From contig NW_003314342.1 in assembly GCF_000143415.4 (NCBI RefSeq), positions 519,569 through 583,568 of the forward strand: a DNA stretch of 64,000 nucleotides. Direction: 5' to 3'. The notes beneath the pieces were generated by a model. It had not been told where the DNA came from. It saw only the letters and a list, made by a program, of their open reading frames with translations, and searched no databases. The position numbers and the translations under genes were made by a program. Shown here one piece after another: positions 1 through 10,644 of this stretch; within the stretch, counting starts at the first letter, position 1; each line of letters opens with the position of its first letter. This stretch comes from Selaginella moellendorffii (Eukaryota; Plantae; Lycopodiophyta).

Positions 1-2675
1 TGGTGATGCCCTTCGGGCTATGCAATGCACCGGCAATATTTTCGGCATTGATGAACCACATCTTTGTACCCTATCTAGATCATTTTGTGGTCGTCTATAT
101 TGATGACATCCTGATCTATAGCGAAACGCTAGAGGAGCATGCCGAACACTTGACGAAGGTGTTTGAGAAACTAAGGGAACACCAGCTGTATGCTAAAGAG
201 AGCAAATGTGATTTTGTTTAACAAGAGGTAAAGTTTCTCAGGCATGTGGTGGGCAAGGATGGGCTCAAAGTGGACCCTGAGAATGTCTAAGCAATCCAAG
301 ATTGGGAGTGACCATCGAATGTACACGAGTTAAGGGCATTCTTGGGGCTATACAACTACTACCGAAAGTTTATCAAACACTATTCGAGAGTAGCCCTGCC
401 CTTAACGGACCAAACAGGAAAAGAGAAGATGATATGAACAGCGGAATGCAAGGCAGCATTTGTCTATCTCAAAGGGAAGTTGAGGAAGGCTCCCGTGTTG
501 GTGTTACCAGACTTTGGTAAGGACTTTGAGGTAGAAACGGATGCTTTAAACTTTGTGTTGGGTGCAGTTTTGAAGCAAAACAACCATCCAGTAGCGTTCT
601 TCTTGAAGAAGTTGGACAAGGCTCAATGGAAGTGGCCTGCCCACGAGAAAGAATTTTTGCGGTGGTCAAGGGGCTCAAGGAGTGGCGACACTACCTTGGG
701 AAACACTTCAATGTTTACACGGACAATGTGGCAACGAAACACTTCTTGTCACAGCCCGACCTGAGAGGGAAACAGAGTCGGTGGGCCAATGCTTTGGCCG
801 AGTTTGATTGCGAGATTCTATAGAAGCCTAGGAAGAGCAACATTGTGGCGGATGCACTAAGTCAAAAAGTGAGCTTGAAGTTGGCGATATGCAACGCAAC
901 AACAACCTTTTGGGATGATGTGTAGACAGCATATGAGAATGATGGTCTAGCACAAGAAGTGTTGCTGAGGAATCTGGAAGCACAAGAACCTCACTAGAGA
1001 GGTGAGTTGCCAACGAAAGAGAAAACAGGCTATGCAAAACACAATGGACTCATCTATTACAAGCAAACGAGGGTGTATATTCCAGAAGGGGAATTAAGGA
1101 AGGTAGCCTTAGAAAAGTGTCATGATGGACCTTTTGCGGGACACGGCAAAGTGCCCAAGACAATGGGCTTACTCAAAAGAAAGTACCATTGGCCAGATAT
1201 GGCTAAAGACGTCCAAGACTATGTAAAGACATGTCCAACATGTCAGCAGGTCAAGGCCGTAACTAAGGTTAGTGGGGGCTTGTTACAAAGCATCCCAATT
1301 TTAGATCATCCATAGAAATGTCTTACGATGGACTTCATCACGGGACTCCCTCTAAGTGAGGGGTTTGATGCGATATTCGTGGTGGTGGACCAATTTTCGA
1401 AGATGGCATATTTCATACCCACCACAACGGAAGTGGATGCGGAAGGTGTGGCAAAGCTATTCTTCGAACAAGTGATTTGAGTGCGGGGAAGGCCAGAAGA
1501 GATCATCTCAGATCGAGATAAGATCTTCATCAGCAGGTTCTAGAAAACTCTCTTGGAACAGTATCGCACCAAGTTGAAATTTAAAACAGCCTATCACCCA
1601 CAGACAGGTATTGGGTATTAAGTCAAGTTGGATGGCACTAACACTTCTTTACAGATGGACAAACGGAAAAGGTGAATAGGCAGCTGGAGGATTATTTGCA
1701 ATGCTATGTCTCCGGAGACTAGACTGATTGGGTAAGTCATTTGGGACTTGTGGATAACAACTCACCACACTCAAGTATCGGGGTGAGTCCATGGGAAGTC
1801 ATCAATGGGCGAGCTATTGAAGGTCCTGTTGAACTCAGCGTGGCCGAGTATCATGGAGAGTTATCTGCAGTGGAGGCATTCACGGCAGAAAGACTCAACA
1901 TTTGGAAGAGGAACCGTTGATTCGCACAATTGGTAATTGCGCTTGGTTGAAAAGCCAGTGGCAGCCGGAGAATGCCGCTGCAATGATCCGTGCAGCGACG
2001 CCTTGATCGCCTCCCGAGCGTGCGAAGATCGCTGTGCATTGTCGAGGTGAGCATTTTGGGGACAATGTGGATTTTCTGCTCAAGTGATGTGCATTTCTAG
2101 CTAGATCGCGCATTGGAATGTAGCTTAGCGATGAATTTCGGTGGAGATATGGATGTGTGCGTTGTGATCTAATGAGGGATTCTTTGGAACGGGCTCAACA
2201 AAGGCAAACCAAGTACGCGAACCAGAAGCACCGGGATAAAGAGTTCCAAGCTGGGGAGAAGGTGTGGCTGAACACCAAGAACCTTAGGCTACCAAGTGGG
2301 ATTAGCCGGAAGTTGACCCAAAGCTAAGATGCATGTATTCCTGAAAGTGAACTGATCTTGAGTTCCTTAAGCAAGTTTGCGGGGCCTTACGAGATTGAGG
2401 CACGAATCAGTAAAGTGGCTTACCGCCTCCGACTTCCTTAAGAGATAGAGAAGATGCACCCAATGTTCCATGTGAACCTTCTCATGCCATACTTTGAGGA
2501 TCTGCTTCGCAAGGACCAAGTGAGACCTTTATTTGAGGTTATCCAAGGGGAAGAGGAATATGAAGTGGAGGCCATCCTCAATGCGCGCAAGAGCAAGCGA
2601 CAAGGACATGAGGTGAGAGAGTTCCATATGAAGTGGAAAGGATTTCCACACTGCGAAGCAACATGGGAACCGGGG

Positions 2676-4379
2676 TGTAAGTGACTAAATTTTCCATTCT
2701 ACTTTAGTCATTTAACCACACTTCCGACCACTTGGAGGAGTCTCAATCATAAGTTCAATTCAAGACTTGGGACTTGCTAGCCCCGAGAATGGCATCCATG
2801 CCCCTCAACATTTGCACTTGGTCCAAGTGCTCCACGTGTCCGATCCCACGACCGACACTCAAAGGTACCACCGACATAGCAGCCTGTTACGCTAAGGCCA
2901 TGCCCAATCACCTTTGCCACACTGGTAGTCCAATACCACTTGCATCACAGTCTTGGCTCTCCAAGACTAGGTAAACCATCCGTGAGTGGTCATCTCAGAT
3001 CCACTCTTTAGCATCCTTAGGATGCCCACCGACAAAGGGAATAGCCTTCCCCAATATCCCTCTGTCAGTCCCCACTAAGTCCCTTTCTGCCCCTGGCCGT
3101 GTTTGCCGACACTGCCACTGGATCGAGGCCCACAGGCCCGACCACTAAGTCCCACGGTCCTCTGGGACTTCCTCACCACAGGACTGTGTCCTTGGTCACT
3201 ACCCCAGAGGACTGCTCCTCTTCCTTTCCACAGTCTAGGCCTTTGGGACAACATTTTGGAACACCGTGGCCTTATGCGAGCCACCTGGGTACTCTCCCCG
3301 CCTTCCGCCCTTGGGTGCTCTAGCCATGGGCTTAGAGCGAGGTTCCATTGAGCCACGACAAGTATCCAAGTAGGTAGTGCCACCCACACTTGGACTGGGA
3401 GCATCGGCCAGTCGATCTCCCGGGGGAACTAGAGCCGGCTCTTGAACACTTCACCAAGCTACCCCGCTTGTCGATCCGTGTTCACTCTAGTCTTGGACTT
3501 CCCAGTGGGCAGCTCATCACCCAACACTGGGTCCGGCCTTCCTGGGCCAAACTGGCCTTTCGTGGCCAAACTGGCTCCACTGCAGTCCTCCCCCTACTAT
3601 ACTTTTGGAGCTCACCAAACCCCCCAGGGTCTGGGAGACGAACGCTTTGGGCTTTCACCCTCTCAGACTCGAACTCGGACTCGGACTCGGACTCGGACTT
3701 GGACTCGGACTCAGACTCGGGCTCGGGCTCGGTCCCGGCCTCGGCCTCGGTCTTAGTCTCAATCCCGATCTCGGTCTCGGTCTCGGTCCCGGTCTTGGTC
3801 CCGGTCTCGGTCTCGACTTCGGACTCCATCTCGGGTCCATCTCGGACTCCATCTCGGACTCCATCTCGGGTCCATCTCGGACTCCATCTCGGGTCCATCT
3901 CGGACTCCATCTCGGACTCCATCTCGGGTCCATCTCGGGTCCATCTTGGGTCCATCTCGGACTCCATCTCGGGTCCATCTTGGACTCCATCTCGGGTCCA
4001 TCTCGGACTCCATCTCGGTCCATCTCAGACTCCATCTCGGACTCCATATCGGACTCCACGTCGGGTCCATCTCGGACTCCACTTCGGGTCCATCTCGGAC
4101 TCCATCTCGGACTCCACTTCGGGTCCATCTCGGACTCTATCTTGGACACTTCCACGTGTCATGTGTTGGTCCTTTTTGGGTCCCTTTTTGGAGCCTTGCT
4201 CATTGCTCGCTTCGTGCTCGCTCCTTGAGCACTTTGTTGGGAGTTCCACTCCCGATCTCGACCTTTCAAGTTGGAGCTTTTAGTCCAAACGTGTTACGCT
4301 CGTTTGGCTTTCGCTTCGGCCACTACCACGTGGCACCCTTCCGGCTCCACTTTGGGGCCTAAGGATTTTGTGTCTCACA
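2676..4379 (-). mobile_element. Solo LTR (1704 bp) inserted in the chromodomain, related to the LTR at 4867-6396 but in opposite orientation
   Basis: TG...CA termini; 5-bp TSD CGGGG at 2671-2675 and 4380-4384; removing it restores EATWEPGENLASAQDLVEEF. Its left end is the reverse complement of 6355-6396. Confidence 0.92.
3661..4145. repeat. Minisatellite inside solo LTR: CTCGGA hexamers then mixed CCATCTCGGACT / CCATCTCGGGT units
   Basis: Directly visible tandem units; they account for the overlapping low-complexity ORFs here. Confidence 0.95.
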
Positions 4380-4866
4380 CGGGGGAGAACCTAGCAAGTG
4401 CACAAGATCTAGTGGAGGAATTTTTGCAAGGTAGAACCCTATGTATTTATGCAAAGTTCAATTAAAAGCATCCATTTGTGAAGTTGAGCAATGGCATATG
4501 TTGAGACCCGAAGGCGCGCCGAAGGTAAGCTAATTAGCATGGGTTAGCTAAGTCGACCAAGCATAGAGAACTATGCCCGACTCCCCACGGGGATGTCGAA
4601 TCCGTAGACGTATTCTACGGAGGTTGGGTTCAAGTCCCAACCCCCTAATAAAGCAAAGCTGAGTTCAAGTCCCAACCCCATACTAGGGCGTGGTGGGGTG
4701 AGGGGTATAGGGACACTTATATTCCATTGTCATGGGCTTTTGGCCGAGGAGGCTAACTTAGGCACATTGCTAAGTGGGGGGATGCCCCGGAGACATGGTC
4801 AACAAGTCGTAGGATAAAAAGAGACATTTGATGTGGGCATTGAACTTCTTCTATGGGTGGTGGAGT

Positions 4867-6396
4867 TGTAAGGAACCAACTCCCCAATGTGTCGTAGGCT
4901 AAAGGATCCCTGAAAGCATGACCCAAATGACAAAGAGTTCATCAGATGGGACCAAGTCTGAGATCAAGTCCAAGACCAACTCTGAGACCGAGTTCGAGAT
5001 AGAGTCCGGGATCGAGTCCGAGGCCGACTTGGAGACCGAGTTCGAGACAGAGTCTGAGATTCGAGATCGGGTCCGAGACCAAGTCTAAGGTCAAGTCCGG
5101 AGTCGAGTCCGAGATCGAGTCCAAGATCGAGTCCGAGACCAAGTCCGAAGTTGGGTCCGAGATCAAGTCTGAGATCAAGTCCGAGACCGAGTCCAAGTAC
5201 TAATATAGGTCAAAGGGTGAAAGCCAAAAGCGTGTGTTTGCTGGGGGGGGGGGGGGGGGCTGCAAGGGGTTCCAAAAGTATAGTAGGGATAAAGAGGTCC
5301 ATGAACCAGTCTTGAAAGAACTCTCCGGTGGTGCTTCCAAACTGGCTTGAGGTTGAGATTGGGGCTGAGGGCCTTGGGTGGGAGTCGGCATGGACTCGGG
5401 TGGTGCTGAAGGGGCCACCCAAGGAAGTGCTCAAGAGCAGCTCCCACTCCCGAAAGGGAAATCGACTACGGTGCTTCCGGCTCATGTGGAGTGGTGCCCC
5501 ACTTAAGTACCTTATGGTTCATTGGTCCCCGCCCTTCCTAGGGGCTTAGGCCTCCCTTTCGGGGTGGAAGTGGGGGGGTAGAGGTATCCATACCGGGCTG
5601 TTAGGCCATGGTGTTTCACCCCGGTGTCCCGAACCAAGTGTTGCACCCAATGCTTGGGATTTAGAGGGTTCCATGATCAAGTCTTGTTGTACTAAGGGAT
5701 GTTAGGAACCTGGAAGCCTGGTGTGCTTGGCTTTTTGTGTCTGCGGGGAGTGTAGCCGAACCTTGAGTCCAGTCTAACCCGGGGAGGGGGATTATGAGAG
5801 ATTTGGGAATCCATGGATGGATGGCTAACGCTCCGTTGTTCGTGCAATGAGTAGCTGAAACCAATTAGAACCAAGTAGGAGTTGGTACAATAGGCGGGAA
5901 CCTTAGTGAGGGAACTTAGCAAAAATCCAAGGCAGTGTTGGTAGGATAGATGAGGTAAGCTAGCAAATTGGAAAGGAAAAATTTGTGACTTATAGTAGAG
6001 ACTAAATAACGGATATTGAAAAATTGTGTTTCCCATATTTTGGGGCATTCTAAGGATGTTGAGATGAGGTTATCGGATAACCACTTATAGATGGATGGCT
6101 CAATCTCAAAAAGATAGAACTGTGTTACAAATGGTCTTGGATTATCAATGAATCAAGGGTAAATAGATATAACCTTAGTGTAACAGGTTAAGATGTCAAT
6201 AGTTCCTTTGGATGTTAAAAGTGAAATTGGACATATGGAGCACTTATACTAAATGTGAAGCTAATGTGGTCTTGAGATCACATATAGGGAAAAGCAAGTA
6301 GAATAAAGACCTTTAGAGTTTATGAGTAAAATTCCTCCAAATGGTCATGGGTATGGTTAAGTGAGTAAAATAGAATGAAAAATTTAATCACTTATA
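4867..6396 (+). mobile_element. 3' LTR of the chromovirus (~1.5 kb, decayed)
   Basis: Starts TGTAAGG right after the PPT-like tract and ends CACTTATA (decayed CACTTACA). Shares blocks with the solo LTR and has a GAGTCCGAGATC-type array at ~4950-5195. Confidence 0.8.
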
Positions 6397-6800
6397 AGTT
6401 ATATGTTTAGGAATTTGACCTTATACCTTCATTCAGTGCCCAAAGCCTTGAACCTCGGGATCCACTCTATTGCCCTTGATGCATATGTCTAAAGGTTTGG
6501 TTCCACTCTGTGGTTATTCTATGGCAAATCACCATAGGGTATAGTGAAAACCATGTACATTACACTCATAACTTTTTCTTAGATTACACTGAAAGCAATG
6601 CAAATGTAAATTTAAGATTTAGTGAAGTTAAGTCCAAGAAAAGAGTTATTAGAGATGAAGGATCAAACACATAAATCATCTTTTCTCCTCTAAGAAACAC
6701 ATAACTTATCTTCTTTCTTACAGAAAATGATTTCTAATGAGGTGTGATTGTACATCATGCAATCAAAAGTCCTTATTTCAATGCATATAGGTTATGGCAA

Positions 6801-9800
6801 TTTTACAAGTGGTATGTTCTAAGGTGGATAACTTAAAACTCTTAACTAATTAAAAAAAAAGTGCATTCTTATTCTCCTTTTATATTTCCTTAGCATATAT
6901 GTTCATAGGTTAAGTTCTACTACATGGTTATGCTATAGTAAAGTATTATAAGATATTTAGTGTCATAATAGTTTGATTTTCATCTTCTCTCATCTCAAGT
7001 TTCTTTTGAAATAATCTTGTTCTATTTTTTTCATTTTATCTTGCTTAGTATGTATCATAACATAATTCTAAATGCTCCTTAGTGGCACAAAGATAACTTA
7101 ACCTATCTTTAAATTATATATTGACTATAGGAAATAGAAATACTATATTCAGAAATAGGATTCTTGATATCTAAAATAAATATCTTATATATATAATAAT
7201 TAAATAAATTTTTATTTTTATTTTGAAACAGAAATATATATATTATATATTAGATAAAATAAATAAAATATATTAATAAATAATTGATATTATATAAAAG
7301 TTGAATACAAATACATACATATAAAGCTTATAGAAAGGATAAAAGTATTTAAGTCGCCAAACTTAAAGTCCTTAAGAAACTGGAGCAAAATATTATTAAT
7401 TTATTTTATGCTTGAAGACTATTTATGGTATTTTTATTTTAAAGAAAAATTTAAAGTAAGAATTTCCAATATGACTTTAATCTCTTTATTAAATAATATT
7501 CAAAAAGACATTTTATATACTGGTAATATATACTTTTAAAATTTTATTATTGACACAATATATAAATTGAAATATAGTTTCATTAACTACTGCCTAGATA
7601 GAAAAAAGAGAACTCAAGAATTATGTTGTGGGTCTTTTTTATTATTCTTTTGAATATCAATTACACTTGTCAAAGATCTATATCATCAAATGATAAAAAT
7701 AATTTATATAATCTCAAAAATCAGACTACAGTTTATCATGATTTTAATATGAAATCATTCAATAAAACTAGAGATAATAAATTAGATGATTATGATTGGA
7801 AGCCTGATATGATTTCAGGTGTGAGAACATGTAATACATATGGAAATGCTATAGTATGGCGCTATAGCTATGATTTCAAAAGTAAAGATTTTGATCATAC
7901 ATTTTATCAAGAATGCCATTTTTATTTACATAAAACTTATTTTATTGGTGTAACATTTAATGGTGAGGGATTATTTGAAACAACAGGTTGGTATGGATGG
8001 CAAAATTGGGCTTTTACAGGACATTGGGAGAGAAGAAACACACAAACTGTGAAATTTCTTGCTGGATATTAAAATTATAACTCTAAATAAAGAATATATA
8101 ATACTTAACAATAAAAGTTCTTAAATGAATATTTGAATAATATTATAAATTATTTATGTAAAATACCATTTTTATTTTAAAATTGAATATGAATAAAAGA
8201 AAATTTAACTTTTACACTTCTACATAATTCTCTGTGGCAGCTAAAAATGTATTAAAAGACTAAAACACCCTTTTACCACTTCAAGAAGTAGAAAAAGGTA
8301 CCACTTCAGTACCTCTAATTATCTTACAACAAGGCACCTTAGGGATTACGCACCAATATGGTGATTAATATGGCTAAATTGTGTCAATAAGGGCTCTCCA
8401 CTTTCCAATTTACTTAAGTGAAGACAGATAAAGTCCATTACATATATTAAGGAGAAAAATTCAACTTATTAGTAACAAAAATGTTTCTTTCGCCAAACTC
8501 CAATTGGGCAGTGAGTGAGTTACAGCTCAAAGTTTTAGCTAGGAAAAGATATTAATAAGAAAACCTAATTATGAGCATCTACTTTGGTATATGGCATATT
8601 ACTGTTTTTTTAGTGTATATAAGACTAGTAATAAATCAGTAAACCAATCAAGCTACGGTGCTCAATAATTATTCTATTTGTATATGACTTCAATAGATAT
8701 AAACAAACACTAGTGCTAAATGCAAGGGCAGTCAAAATTGCTTCACTAATAATAGATGACTTCAAAATCCAGTAGCAAAAGATCATCAAGCCCTTGAACC
8801 CACTATCACATTCAGTGATGAAAATGTAGCTGATCTTAGTGCTTACTTGACTTTCAAGACAAATGCAAACTTGACTTAGCCATTTCCCAAGAGTTTTCCC
8901 TCAATGGTGACCATCATTCGTCACACCTCTATATCTATACGATATAACCTTTTTTGTCAACAAAACCGTGTCTTTCATACAGTGCCTTTGTCGGTCTACA
9001 ACCCAAAAGAGTAGATTAATATTATTTGATCAAATAGTAGATCAATCACTCTGAATGATTGTTTCGAGTATAACGAGTTGACTTCACTCTATGTATCGAA
9101 ATCGCTGCCTGCATATACGTTGAGGCTACCGCCATACGCCATGTAGGTGCTGAAAGCAAGACTAGGACATAAAGCATTCGAACAGACAGCCTGATTGTCG
9201 TTGAATCCTGATATCAAGATTAAAGATGGATCTTCAAATGATCCGTAGATCTTTTGCTTTAAAATTGCTCTTCTCTCTCCATCAGACTATAGCCAGGCTA
9301 TGGAGTTGCAAGAGACGCATAAAAACCATATAAAAAAGCGTACATATTGAGGCAGATGTTGCGTCCTGCGTGCATGGACAAAAGACCATAGAGAAGTACT
9401 TTTGCGTTCCAATTCAAATACTGCAAATGTTGAAATCAAAACTTGACTGGTTCCGTCTTGACAAACACTCCATTGATTCGGTGCAAGCGCGTGGACCTGA
9501 CCCAAAGGCTTGATCAACTGTGAGGATCTCACAATCACCGAGGACTTTGCGAGCAACATGGATGAACTTTTTTGTCTAATATGCCGTATGTGTAGTCGCC
9601 GTACCAGGACCAAGTTTCTTATGAAGAAACCGTAACATAGGTAATAAGGAGATTGACATAGAGCTAGAGGTTGCAAGCATCTCATTGTTGAATCAATCAG
9701 GATCAAGCAATCCAATCAATCAACATTTCAGCAGGTTGCAGCATAGCACCACCACCCAAGGCGCAACCAGTTTTGCAGAAAAAACTCTATATTCCAGCAA

Positions 9801-10640
9801 CTTACAAGCCAAAAGACAGGCATTGAATGCACAACCTCTAAAAGAAGTCCCTAGCCTTTAAATTCAATGCTCCCGGGAATATCCCCCACACGTTACGTAG
9901 GGCATATTCGTGACTTGAAGAGCCCTAAAAAATAAGTTTAAACAGAGCACGGGAAGTCGTGGGAAGCGGAAATTGATGACAAAAACTACCCATAATGCGA
10001 AGGATTGATTGATCACATCCCCTGGCTGCAGCGTTGCATTGTCGTTTCGATCGATCGATTGAATTCAATTGATTGTGAGGAGATGAAACGAAATGGAAAT
10101 GAATTTCATCCGGCTGGCGAGCGCGAGACTGGTGATCGACACGTCAGGTCGGGTGTTAGTTTTTTTCTTTTTTTCTTGTCTCGGTCTTGATTTAGATGTT
10201 CATGGAAGCATGAAGAGAATCAACTCTGTGCTTGATCAGCACGCTAATCGGCAAGAACAAGTCACAGATTCTCCAAAGTTTTCGACAATCCACGAACAAA
10301 TAAAATACGGACAAAAGAAATGTACGTGAATGTATTGTATGGTGTCAAGACTTTGCTATGTACAGCCTATGTTGTTGTAGTTCTTCTGGCAATCAATCAA
10401 CATCATCTGCGCTCTTGTTGCAAATTCGAAGTTTTCCTTCGCTTGATGCCTTGCTTGTGACTGTGAGCTGAATGATCCATTCACGAAGAAGCGAATCGAA
10501 ACGATATCAGTCTCATATCATAAGATCACATGTTGGACGGAGCAGAGAAATCACAGCCCAGAAGAACAGAGAAGAGGAGAGCTAAGAGAGCTGAGAGAAG
10601 AGATCACAATCATGATGAGAGGAATCAGAGATAAGGGAAT
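6801..10640 (+). repeat. Segmental duplication copy A (YvgO-like gene block plus CLE-downstream sequence)
   Basis: 6801-8360 matches 13602-15195 and, from ~7200, ~23370-24550. 8610-10640 closely matches ~26280-28315 (near-identical from ~8900). Confidence 0.9.
7623..8072 (+). CDS. Small secreted protein (149 aa) with YvgO-like C-terminal domain, intact copy
   Basis: Long ORF in very AT-rich DNA, hydrophobic N-terminus (MLWVFFIILLNI), AATAAA just after the stop, two paralogous copies in the window. C-terminal GEGLFETTGWYGWQNWAFTGHWERRNTQTVKF fits the G.F...G..GW.NWAF.G...R...TV.F pattern recalled for Bacillus YvgO. Confidence 0.75.
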   Translation: MLWVFFIILLNINYTCQRSISSNDKNNLYNLKNQTTVYHDFNMKSFNKTRDNKLDDYDWKPDMISGVRTCNTYGNAIVWRYSYDFKSKDFDHTFYQECHFYLHKTYFIGVTFNGEGLFETTGWYGWQNWAFTGHWERRNTQTVKFLAGY

Positions 10641-10644
10641 TTTG

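Larger units (their letters stand above)
1..4866 (+). mobile_element. Degenerate Ty3/gypsy chromovirus internal region (RT, RNase H, integrase, chromodomain), 5' end outside window
   Basis: RT motifs MPFGLCNAP and YIDDIL; RNase H ETDA..GAVL and YTDN; integrase zinc finger H..GH..C..CQ, core MDFITGLP/ISDRD/YHPQTDGQTE, GPY motif; chromodomain EEEYEVEAIL..KWKGF..EATWEP. Many stops and frameshifts. Purine-rich PPT-like GGGTGGTGGAGT just before 4867. Confidence 0.95.

Noticed and set aside
3661-4145. CRISPR-like appearance of the repeat array
   Set aside because: Contiguous 6/11/12-bp units with no unique spacers, no cas genes, eukaryotic context.
3390-4362. Long overlapping ORFs (SDSIS, HLGL, PRWS repeats)
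   Set aside because: Artefacts of a stop-free minisatellite inside a solo LTR.
9287-9715. 142-aa ORF also present at 26943-27380
   Set aside because: Conservation is explained by the recent near-identical duplication; non-ATG start, C-termini differ by a frameshift, no recognisable domain.
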